Assembly: GCA_964016885.1 (NCBI GenBank)
Contig: OZ024750.1
Coordinates: forward strand, 12,338,001-12,402,000
Length of the DNA stretch: 64,000 nucleotides
Source of the DNA: Eledone cirrhosa
Lineage: Eukaryota
Direction of reading: 5' to 3'
Within the stretch, counting starts at the first letter, position 1, and each line of letters begins with the position of its first letter. The notes beneath the pieces are model-generated. The model worked only from the letters and a program-made list of their open reading frames with translations. It made no database searches and was not told where the DNA came from. The position numbers and the translations under genes were made by a program. Below are positions 37,855 to 47,933 of the stretch, one piece after another.

Positions 37855-37895
37855 CCGAGAACAATTGTTTCACTTTATGCGGATCTTCAGCTCGG
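37855..37895 (-). ncRNA. Minimal type I hammerhead motif (stem II mutated)
   Basis: ccgag CTGAAGA tcc gcataa agt GAAA caattg TT ctcgg. 5-bp stem I and palindromic stem III. Confidence 0.65.
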
Positions 37896-37933
37896 AGCTG
37901 AAGAACTGCATAAGGTGAAGCAATTATTCTCGG
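37893..37933 (+). ncRNA. Minimal type I hammerhead motif, mirror copy (GAAA changed to GAAG)
   Basis: cggag CTGAAGA act gcataa ggt GAAG caatta TT ctcgg. Confidence 0.5.
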
Positions 37934-38059
37934 TATGGTGAACTAACTGTTGTGTTACTACTTCTACCAAACTCGTCCCATGGACTGAGTGATCTACCAC
38001 AACGGATATTACCTTCCAGTGCTCTACCTCTCTCTCTCTATATATATATATATATATCT

Positions 38060-38277
38060 ATGAAGGCGTGTGGCTGAGTGGTTAGAGAATTGGATTCGCA
38101 ATCGTAAGGTTGTGAGTTCGATTCCTGGACCAGGCGATGCGTTATGTCCTTGAGCAAGACACTTTATTTCACGTTGCTCCTTCTACCTGGAGTTGCGACC
38201 GATAGATAGTATTAGCAATTGGAAAGACCAACGGAAACATTGTTCCCTCGGTCCGATTTGACGAAAGTCGATCGTCC
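38060..38277 (+). mobile_element. tRNA-derived SINE, head A with body type 2, CpG-rich young copy
   Basis: A box TGGCTGAGTGG, B box GAGTTCGATTCC and many retained CpGs. Flanked by (TA)n. Confidence 0.9.
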
Positions 38278-38287
38278 TTTATATATA

Positions 38288-38431
38288 TCTATATCTATAT
38301 ATCTATATCTATATCTATATCTGAACACTGTACAGCGTAAATCAGGCTGTTCGTTTGTTTACAAACGAACAAAGCGAACATTATAATAAATGTTCGGTAA
38401 ACTGATACGTGCATATATATATGTGTGCCTG

Positions 38432-38503
<72 letters not shown>

Positions 38504-38716
38504 CTGTACGTCTGTATACATATATGTATGTACGTATACATACATACTTACATTTAAGTAAGTGCCGTACTAAGAGTGAGAAATGAAATTTCGTTTCATT
38601 CTATTCCATATATCTATATCTATCTATATATGTATATATATATTTATATATATATATATATTTATATATATATTTATATATATATTTATATATATATATA
38701 TTTATATATATATATT

Positions 38717-38748
<32 letters not shown>

Positions 38749-38867
38749 TATATATATATATTTATATATATATATATATTTATATAATAAAAACAAATAA
38801 CGAAACGAAATTAAATTTCGTTTCGTTTGTAACTCACTTTTGTATGACTGACGCTTAAACATACTAG
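38288..38867 (+). mobile_element. Possible non-autonomous Helitron-like element
   Basis: A|TCTATATCTATAT start and CTAG|T end. Several internal palindromes and embedded TA tracts. The subterminal hairpin is weak. Confidence 0.35.
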
Positions 38868-38914
38868 TATTTCAGTATACATATGTGGATGTACATTTTT
38901 AACTTAATTGTTTA

Positions 38915-39060
38915 TATTTATATATATATATTTATATATATATATTTATATATATATATTTATATATATATATTTATATATATATATTTATATATATATA
39001 TATTTATATATATATATATTTATATATATATTTATATATATATATATTTATATATATATT

Positions 39061-39149
<89 letters not shown>

Positions 39150-39168
39150 ATATATATATTTATATATA

Positions 39169-39227
<59 letters not shown>

Positions 39228-39252
39228 TTATATATATATATATTTATATATA
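38915..39252. repeat. (TA)n interrupted periodically by TT, i.e. (TATATATATT)n-type
   Basis: Direct reading. A similar tract lies at 38630-38787. Confidence 0.95.
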
Positions 39253-39255
39253 CTG

Positions 39256-39342
39256 TATATTGGGTCGTCAAGTATGAAATTTGTAAGAATTTGTTTTTTG
39301 TCTAAAGATTTCTACAAATTTCATACTTGACGATCCAATATA
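39256..39342. mobile_element. Tiny Tc1/mariner-type MITE (30-bp TIRs including TA)
   Basis: tatattgggtcgtcaagtatgaaatttgta pairs with tacaaatttcatacttgacgatccaatata (1 mismatch). 27-bp interior; TA-flanked; mariner-like TATTGGGT start. Confidence 0.65.
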
Positions 39343-39441
39343 TATATATATGTGTGTGTTTTTCTTAATTTTCTTTTTTATGGGACCCAAGTATGTGTTT
39401 AGTTAGACATTTTGGGGAAGTGCCATACATATGTGTGTGTG

Positions 39442-39496
<55 letters not shown>

Positions 39497-39580
39497 CATA
39501 CTTCCCTCCCATAAAAAATGTTTGTTTTTCCCTTTCTTATTCTTATCTGTCTTTATATTTTTTCTTCTCTTTCATTCTAT

Positions 39581-39614
39581 CTTCTGATGAAGGACTAACA
39601 TCCAAAACTTTAAG
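39581..39614 (+). ncRNA. Decayed minimal hammerhead motif
   Basis: ctt CTGATGA a gga ctaaca tcc aAAA ct TT aag. It differs from ...tccGAAAcgTTaag at two CpG positions. Confidence 0.5.
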
Positions 39615-39739
39615 GTTCTTTTGTGCATTAGTATGTGTGTTTGATGTAACTGTCTTGAAATCTAACAATGCAGGTTAAAGTTTAGTCTGCCTGGGGGTAC
39701 CAGCTGACAGAGTTTGTGTGTGGATTATGCTTGTGTGCA

Positions 39740-40050
39740 GAAGGTTAAAGATGTGAATGGTGATATCATTTGTAGAGAACATAGAAGTATGTTGCTAGAG
39801 AGAGGAAAGTTTATGTTGTACTAAAGGAGAAGTATGACGTCGATTGTCAAACTTCAAGATGTGACAGAGCCAAGGGTGAAAGACACATGCTGTAATGGTG
39901 CAGTTTTATAGGAAGTTTTGGATTAAAAAAATAAGAGATGGCTATTATCTATTGTTGGGCTGCTTAGCTAAGAAATTCTCGAGCTGGCCATGATTAAATG
40001 CTTTATTAATATCAAGTACAGCAACATTGCTTTCACTAAAGATTATTTTA
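39740..40050 (-). mobile_element. Decayed CR1-group reverse transcriptase fragment
   Basis: 'SESNVAVLDINKAFNHGQLENFLAK' (compare ALDISKAFDRVWH..LL.K), then 'LIQNFL', and downstream 'TNDITIH' at the expected YADD position. Confidence 0.65.
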
Positions 40051-40506
40051 GACTTGAAGCACTTCACCTCTGTATTTATATCAATACAGAAAACACACCT
40101 GATGATAGATGAAAAGAAAAGAATTATGCAATAGTAAATGAATAGATAGATAATCACACAAATATATTTCTATATATACCCACAAATATAGATATATTAA
40201 CAGATGTATAGATGAAAACAAGAGAAGCAAAAGTAACATTGATAGAGATATATACAGGTGAGATGAGATAGAGATATATAAAGGTGAGATAAGAAACAGG
40301 TATGTAATGTCAACAGGAATATAACAGAAAAGATTTGTAGTTGGCTGCATCTTTAGAAAGTAAATTAATTGACTAAAGACATTGTATATCCTCTATTACA
40401 TTTCTGGGTGAAGAAGACAGATTATTTTACTTTCAAGGGTAACACTCTATAATTGAATTACGTTTCTAAAATTCTAGTACTACATTGACCTCATAAAAAA
40501 TTACTT

Positions 40507-41056
40507 CATCATTATCATCACCGTTTAATATCCATTTTTCCACACTAGCATGGGTTAAACGAGTTGTCCTGTTGTGAGATAGGCCAGGTTAGGTGACAAT
40601 GTCTTGCTCATACAGAACTGACTTTGGCTTGGTTTCTACAGATGGATGTCCTTCCTAACGCCAACCACATTTACCGTGTGTACTGGGTGCTTTTTTGTTG
40701 TGACACCTACACAACTTCTTTCCAGTGTGGGCTAGGTAGTTTTTGTTGTAACACCTACACAACCACTTTACAGTGTGGGCTGGGTAGTTTTTGTTGTGAC
40801 ACCTACATAACCACTTTACAGTGTGGGCTGGGTAGTTTTTGTTGTGACACCTACATGACCACTTTACAGTGTGGGCTGGGTAGTTTTTGTTGTGACACCT
40901 ACATGACCACTTTACAGTGTGGGCTGGGTAGTTTTTGTTGTGACACCTACATGACCACTTTACAGTGTGGGCTGGGTAGTTTTTATTGTGACACCTACAT
41001 GACCACTTTACAGTGTGGGCTGGGTAGTTTTTGTTGACACCTACACAACCACTTTA
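40507..41056 (-). mobile_element. RTE/SINE 3' tail with the 48-bp unit expanded to about 7-8 copies
   Basis: Unit 'gacacctacatgaccactttacagtgtgggctgggtagtttttgttgt' repeated from about 40690 to 41055. Confidence 0.9.
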
Positions 41057-41562
41057 TTTTTTTTTAAATGAAGAGAAAAAAAATTATTTTTTTTATTCCA
41101 TGAAGATCATCCGTCGTTTCTAGAACTGTCTGATGTTGATTCCATATTTTGATATAGAAAAACACAAATCATACTTCTATCAAAAATGTTTTTCTTTTTT
41201 TTTATCACACCTATAAAGTTTAATAATGTAAACAGAACCAAGATTTCTTTGCTTTTGTTCTTTAAATAAAAATGAAATTGTCATTTAGAAAGTTAAAGAA
41301 GTTTTCCAATTATATTTTCTTTATTCTGTTATCATCAAATAGTCCTAAAGGAATATTATACTTATTGGAATATATAATTCAATTGTTTTTTTATTAAAGT
41401 GAACACAATAAAATTGTCCTAAGGTCAACTGAAACAATATGTTGAAGCTCCTTCATCTTATATGAGTTGACATAAATAGACTCCGCCATAAATAAAATAG
41501 TCTGGCATAAAATGGCAGCTGTAATCATTTTAATTTTTATTATATGACATTATTCTTGAAGA

Positions 41563-42155
41563 AATAATGATTTCTACTATCGGCACAAGGCTAGCAATTT
41601 GGTGGGAGGGGAAAGTCGATTAAATTGACCCCAATGCATTGCTGGTACTTTATTTTATTGACCATGTAAGGATGAAGAGTAAAGCTAACCTCAGTGGAAT
41701 TTGAACTCAGAATGTGAAGGGCCGCAACTTTATGTTGTCCGACGCTCTTATCTTCTGCTTATCCACTACTCTGAAGATATAATTGTTTCTACTTTTTGGC
41801 ACAAGGCATTACTGGTACTTTATTTTATCGGCCCCGTAAGGATGAAAGGCAAAGTTAACCTCGGCGGGATTTGAACTCAGAATGGCAAGGGCCGTAACTC
41901 TATATGTCAAAGCATGGCGTCCGAGCCTCTACTGATACTGCCAATCCACCTGAAGATATAATGGCAGTGGATTTGCTGACTCATTAGAGTCTCAGACAAA
42001 ATGACTTGCAGCTTTTAGTTACAGACTTTCACTTTCTGAGTTCAAATCCTTTTGCAGTTGATAAAATAAAGTAACAGTAATGCACTAGGGTCGATGTAAT
42101 CAGTTTTCCATTCCTATAAGAGTTTGCCCTTGTGACTAAATTAAAAATCATTATT
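41563..42155. mobile_element. Cluster of three SINE group B copies (41563-41770 minus, 41780-41951 minus, 41962-42155 plus)
   Basis: Each shows the B box and the 'gataaaataaagta.cag' segment. The last two are head-to-head. Confidence 0.8.
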
Positions 42156-42174
42156 GAAGACATAAAAAATGATT

Positions 42175-42400
42175 TTAACCCATTAGCATTTACATTACTC
42201 TATATATACTATTATATTTTCACAGTAAAGGCTTTACCTCACATAATTATCTCAAATAATATCGAATCTATGAGATTTTGATTTTTTTTTTTTTTTTTTT
42301 TTTTTCTGAGAACCTACCTTAATATAAGTATCAGCGGCCTGTTACAGCTGGTTTGAACGGAAAGAAGTGAGAGAATTCTGGCCGGATATGGCTGGTTTAA
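42175..42400 (-). mobile_element. piggyBac-type MITE, family P2 (one end truncated)
   Basis: TTAA-CCCATTAGCATTTACATT start. Body is the reverse complement of 43036-43269. Confidence 0.75.
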
Positions 42401-43035
42401 AGAACTTAATTTTCAGTTTTTATTTTGAAAATCTTGGAGCAACATATAGCTAATCAAATGCCTAACATCTTGTGTTTTCTTTTCATATTAAATAAAATAA
42501 ACATTTTCAATATATTTCGTTGAATTGCCATTTTTGATAAATCAAATAGTTTAGTTTTAAACTTGTCACTGTTGTTGTTGTTATCATTGTCATACTGTTG
42601 TGTGTGTGTGTGTCATCATTACTGTTGTGTGTGTAGGGGAGTGGTTGCTGGTTGTGTGTGTAGAGGAGTGGTTGCTGGTTGTTGCTGCTGAAATAGACAT
42701 ATTGTTATATATAATAGATCAGAAATGACTAATAGCCAACCTGGTTTTATGCTCTGTTGAACTTCTTGTCACACTATATTTGGTTGAAATAGGTGTAATG
42801 TTACAATCATAATTTGATGCAATCATTTTGACTTCATTCCTTTTCTTATATCTCCACATTTAATAAAGACTGTTGTGGAGGCAGCTGAGAGATATATTTA
42901 GTTGCTATAGGATAGCCATGACTTTTCAGAATTTGTACTAGAAAGATAACAACCACTAAGTAAGTAAAAGTTTATATTCTTAACAGAAGAGTAGTGAATT
43001 CATTTCCTTTCACTAATACTCTAACCTCATATATT

Positions 43036-43269
43036 TTAACCCTTTAGTATTTAAACCAGCCGTATCCGGCCAGAATTCTTTCACTTCTTTCTGTTTAAAC
43101 CAGTCATAACTTGCCACTCATACGTATGTTTAGGTATTGTTCTCAAAATAAATAACATCAAAATCTCGTAGATTTGATATTATGTGAGATATTATGTAAG
43201 ATAAAGCCTTTACCACAAAAATACAATAGTATATATATAGAGAGAGTAATGTAAATGCCAAAGGGTTAA
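43036..43269 (+). mobile_element. piggyBac-type MITE, family P2, complete
   Basis: TTAA CCCTTTAGTATTTA ... TAAATGCCAAAGGG TTAA terminal inverted repeats. Confidence 0.85.
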
Positions 43270-44039
43270 AGTTCCTAGCTAGTTTCCCATGAAACAAACT
43301 ACCTGTATCAGTTGTTAGCTGCCAGAACACTGCATCCTTCAAAACTTCCATGCTTCCCGAAATATGCCAACACTATATTCCCTCTCCATACACACGCACG
43401 CATGTGTCTGTATGTATATCATGACTCATAGACTGTTCACTTGCTTGACATTTGTACATTATTCTATGTACTATATATACACACCTTTGATGAGTTGTAG
43501 TGCACCTGAGCACTGTACACAATAATTTTCATGACTATTTATTATGTATTGTTCATATTCAAACTTTGCACATGAATATAGATTTGAAGTGATTGTCAAT
43601 TCAGTTTAAATAATATAATGCAATTGGTTATATTAATGTGTATTTGAAGTTTGTACTCATACTCATTTGTTTGAAGAGAGAGAGAGATAGTGGTTTTGGT
43701 CAACTTTTACAGGAAATATTTTGAGTTAATAAATATACGTAGGAGTTTCAAAATATTTAGACTTTCAGCAACATGGAACGTAGAATCTGAAACAAACATT
43801 AAACATCACAGTTTATCATTAGCTAATAAATGTTAATACATAAATAGATAATTCTGATCAGAATACCCCCACATATTTCACTGTTTGCTTTTAAGTGAAT
43901 TATAATTCACTTTTAAGTGAATTATAGTGCAATAAATACTTATTTATTGTCAGTGCAGACGACCACTAGTTTAAAATTATAGTGTTTATATTTAATGCTG
44001 GTTGGACTGGTTGCATTGTGAATATGCTGTGTATTTATT

Positions 44040-44390
44040 TGTGTGTATGTGTATGTCCGTGTCTATTTGCGTGTATATGTTTATATGAGTATGTCCCTGT
44101 GTGTCTGTATAAGTTTGTTTATCCGTATCTAGTTGTGTGTATGTATATGTTTATATGAATATGTCTCTGTGTGTCTGTATAAGTTTGTATGTCCGTGTCT
44201 ATTTGTGTGTATGTATATGTTTGTATGTCCGTGTCTATTTGTGTGTATGTATATGTTTATATGAGTATGTCTCTGTGTGTTTGTATAAGTTTGTATGTCC
44301 GTGTCTATTTGTGTGTATGTATATGTTTATATGAGTATGTCTCTGTGTGTTTGTATAAGTTTGTATGTCCGTGTCTATTTGTGTGTGTCT
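44040..44390. repeat. TG-rich minisatellite (about 68-bp unit)
   Basis: Recurring 'tgtatgtccgtgtctatttgtgtgtatgtatatgtttatatgagtatgtctctgtgtgtttgtataagtt'. Confidence 0.85.
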
Positions 44391-44858
44391 ATATATGTCT
44401 AAATATAATGATATGGATGAAAATATTCACTGCTGTTATACTTTGTTGTTTTGGGTCTTCCACTTTAACTGGAAACCCAAATAGTAGTATTATAATCCTT
44501 CATGGAATTTATTGATAGACAGGGTAGATAGATTCCTTAGATGTATTTCATTTCTATTCTAGCTTCTTCCCATCTTGAAGGGTATAGTAAATATGATGTA
44601 ACATGGAAAATATATCAGGAGAATAGAAGAAATGATAAATGTCAAGTACTCCAAAGAGGCTTAACATGGATTGTTCAATAACTAAAGCAAGAGAAGAGAT
44701 GAAAGATATTTAGTATGACAAGACATGGTATTATAGAAAACTTGGGTAACATTAGAAATATTTGAAAGTTACTATTGATATTGACAATGTTTAGTTACTT
44801 TTTAAAGAATAAGAAATTATAGAGTAAAAAAATATCTCAGATTTTCACATTTTCACAT

Positions 44859-45302
44859 TTAACCTTTTTATGATTGCATTTCTAATGAAATACACTTTAT
44901 TTCAATTAATTATTGAAGAATTTTGAGGGATTTACTAAAATTATTACCGTATTTCCCAGCATCTATGATGCTACTTTTTTCCTAAATTAAGTCTCAAAAA
45001 TCTACCATGCATCCTGGAGGCCAAAGGTTGTTTATTATTTTTTTTCAGATTTTTGGTTGTCAAAATTAGGGTGCATCATCGAGGACGAAGCATCTTCGGC
45101 GCTGGACAATACAGTAATTATTTCATTACTAAGATAGTAACTTAATATAAGGTTCTTATATAAAATTATGTTGGAAACCTTTAAAATGGGTGGTTTTATT
45201 TCATAGAACCAGAACCAGTTTTGGCCAGGTTGGTAACTAAAGGGTTAAAATGGGTTGTTTTCTTTCATAGAACCAGAGCTGGGTTGGTAACTAAAGGGTT
45301 AA
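44859..45302 (-). mobile_element. piggyBac-type MITE, family P1, with nested insertion and duplicated terminus
   Basis: Reverse complement of 411-650. Ends 'taactaaagggTTAA' at 45248 and again at 45302. Confidence 0.8.
44947..45114. mobile_element. pogo/Tigger-like (Tc1/mariner superfamily) MITE of 168 bp with TA target duplication
   Basis: TA|CCGTATTTCCCAGC...GCTGGACAATACAG|TA. The empty site 'aaaattattaattatttt' is visible in the paralogous host copy at 411-650. Confidence 0.8.
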
Positions 45303-45762
45303 TAATAATATTTGTTAATATTCTTTATTTTTTATTTATTTCCTATTTTTTCATTGTTTTTCAATCATTGAACTGTGGCCATGGATAGCTCAGGATCCAT
45401 ATTTCTATTATACCCAACTGCAGCCCCAATCTGTTCATCAGACTTGTTAATCACCTACACTATGTGATGATGATGATGCATTAGATTAAAATATTGTGAG
45501 TCAGTATTTTCTAACGAACAAATTAGATAATGCAATAATTGGAAAATTATAAATTTTAGCCAGTAAATCTTAAATTTTTATGCATACACACACACAACAC
45601 ACACACACACAATGGATATATAAAAATATATATATAGATAAGTAGGTATAGAAAGAGAGAGATGGGTGGGGGAGTTTTACGGAGACTGGCTAACTCGTAT
45701 TTTATAGATATATGTATTTCTCATTATAATATATATATATATATTTATATATTTTCTTGGTT

Positions 45763-45800
<38 letters not shown>

Positions 45801-46277
45801 TGAAGAAACTGCCGAAGAGAAAAATAAATGACTCCTTTTTAATTGATATGTTCTGTCTTCATTTTGCTTTCTCTTCTCTCATTCTCTCTCTTTCCCTATT
45901 GTGTGTGTGTATCAGTGTTTGCATGTGTATAATTCTCAGTCCATTTCTCTTCACACTAGCAAAACTAGAGGACATTTTCTGGATTTATTTTTTTCAAACT
46001 TATCATTATTTTCTTACTGGTTTCATTCAGCCATTCAGTGGTGGCAGGAAAAAGATAATAAAAAACCAACAAACTAATATCAGTTGGGTTTAAAGCATTA
46101 AAACTGCTAAAGAGCTTCTAAGACTCTTACATAACCCTTTTTTATATTTATTATTCAAAAGTAAAGGAGAAATCTTTATATTTTATCTTTAGCAGTTTAC
46201 TTTGCATTTATTATATATGATAAAGAACTAGATCAATACAAATATATATGGGTAAGCCTGTGTGTATGTGTATATAT

Positions 46278-46315
<38 letters not shown>

Positions 46316-46339
46316 ACACACATATATAAATCCCAGTAT

Positions 46340-46460
46340 AAGGAAGATGCAGTTGAGGAAGACCACGAAAAACATGGGTGGAGGTGGTGAGAGCAGACCT
46401 TAGATCGCTGAAACTCATGGAGGAGATGACAATGGACTGTAACAAATGGAGAGATGTGAT
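46340..46460 (+). mobile_element. RTE LINE C-terminal fragment
   Basis: GRCS*GRPRKTWVEVVRADLRSLKLMEEMTMDCNKWRDV. Confidence 0.75.
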
Positions 46461-46477
46461 ATATATATATATCATCT

Positions 46478-46620
46478 ACCAGTTGCAACACCTGGCAGAA
46501 GGATCAACATAAAGTAAAGTGTCTTGTTCAAGGACATAACACATCGCCTGGTCCAGGAATCAAACTCACAACTTCACAATAGTGAATCCAATTCTCTATC
46601 CACTAAGCCACGTCCCTTTG
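46478..46620 (-). mobile_element. SINE head A with partial body type 2
   Basis: Reverse complement of 8638-8780. Confidence 0.75.
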
Positions 46621-47699
46621 CAAGAAGCATATGTAGCATAAAGTTCTAATGAGCTTAACAATTTCGGAGGCAGTCTTTCAACAAGTTGCTTACATTTTTA
46701 AAGCATCATAAGAGGCAAATGATTATTTAATGGATGTTAGTAGATTTACAAATTTGATTACACAGGAAAGAAGTATTTCTGATGGCTAGCTTACTTTCCA
46801 ACAATATCATTAACTGCTACAAAAACAACAATTGCTCTTTTATGTAGGATTTCAGATAATCGTGGCAAAATTACACAAAAGAATAACATTAAGATAGATA
46901 AAATGTTGTTCACTAGAAGTACTTAGAGAAAAGAAATTTCCATTTTGAATGGTTTGAGAAAGTCATACATGTGAATAGAAATGAAAGTTGGATTTCAAGA
47001 GGTAGCACAGCTGAAAATTTAAGATTTGTTTAAGCATTCACCATTTTCTATTGTTTATCTTTGTGCTTAAAATAATCATCTTTATACCTGAAATGCCAGT
47101 CATTTCTATATGCAGATAAGCTGTGTGATTGTTTTTTGTCTCCCTTTCCTTCTTTACTATAGAATCAATACACATATATACTAATAGATTGAAATCAAAA
47201 GTCCATGCCATTACCGACATATATATCACAATAGCAAAACCAAAATGGCTAAGTATATAGGGGGAAAAAGTGAGGTATTAAATTGATACTATGGTATAAA
47301 TACATATAATAGACACACATGACACAGCTTTTAGGGTCCCAGAAAGTTGTAAGACAGGTTAATTGTAAGTTAATGCTTTAATAACATGAAGATAAGTTCT
47401 CAGATACTGGTACTCTTGATCTCCAAAGAATTTAAAGAATTTGAAAGTGAGTTCGTTTGATGGTTTACTGAAGTAGAAGAAAATTTCTGATGTATATGTG
47501 ACCTATTTACTATTGGCTGTATTAGTGGTCATGGCAAAGATGATTGAAGGAAGTTTTAGGATGTGGACCTCATCAATAAAGTGATGCAGATGAGGAACAA
47601 TCATAAATATACTGTAAAACTTATCAATTCATAAAAATGATAAATTGTTGTTGTTGTTACTGTTGCTCATAAACAACGACTTAGATATTGTAGAGTTTT

Positions 47700-47933
47700 G
47701 TTAGTGTTGTATATTATATTATATTAAAACACTGTAGTAAATATATGTAGCATATTGTTGGCTAGTTGGTTGGTTGTTTAACTCCAGGTCAGCTCTGACT
47801 GAGCCATTACCAAACCATCCTATATGTTAGTGTTGTATAATATATTATATTGAAATACTGTAGTAGACATACATAGCATATTGTTGGCTGGTTGTTTGTT
47901 TAGCCCCAGGTCGCTGTGACTGAGAACCATAAC
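47700..47933 (+). repeat. Diverged tandem duplication (about 110-125 bp)
   Basis: 'gttagtgttgtata..atattatatt.aaa.actgtagta...tagcatattgttggct..ccaggtc..gactgag' at about 47700 and about 47827. Confidence 0.8.

Larger units (their letters stand above)
37828..37960. repeat. Near-perfect fold-back of about 133 bp with almost no spacer
   Basis: tagtaacacaacagttagttcaccataccgagaacaattgtttcactttatgcggatcttcagctc pairs with gagctgaagaactgcataaggtgaagcaattattctcggtatggtgaactaactgttgtgttacta. Confidence 0.9.

Noticed and set aside
38060-38135. tRNA gene
   Set aside because: A and B boxes are present, but the acceptor and anticodon stems do not pair properly, there is no poly-T terminator, and it continues into a SINE body found in several copies.
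20808-41055. Regular arrays (58-bp, 30-bp, 48-bp units) as possible CRISPR arrays
   Set aside because: Units are head-to-tail with no unique spacers, no cas genes are present, and the context is eukaryotic.
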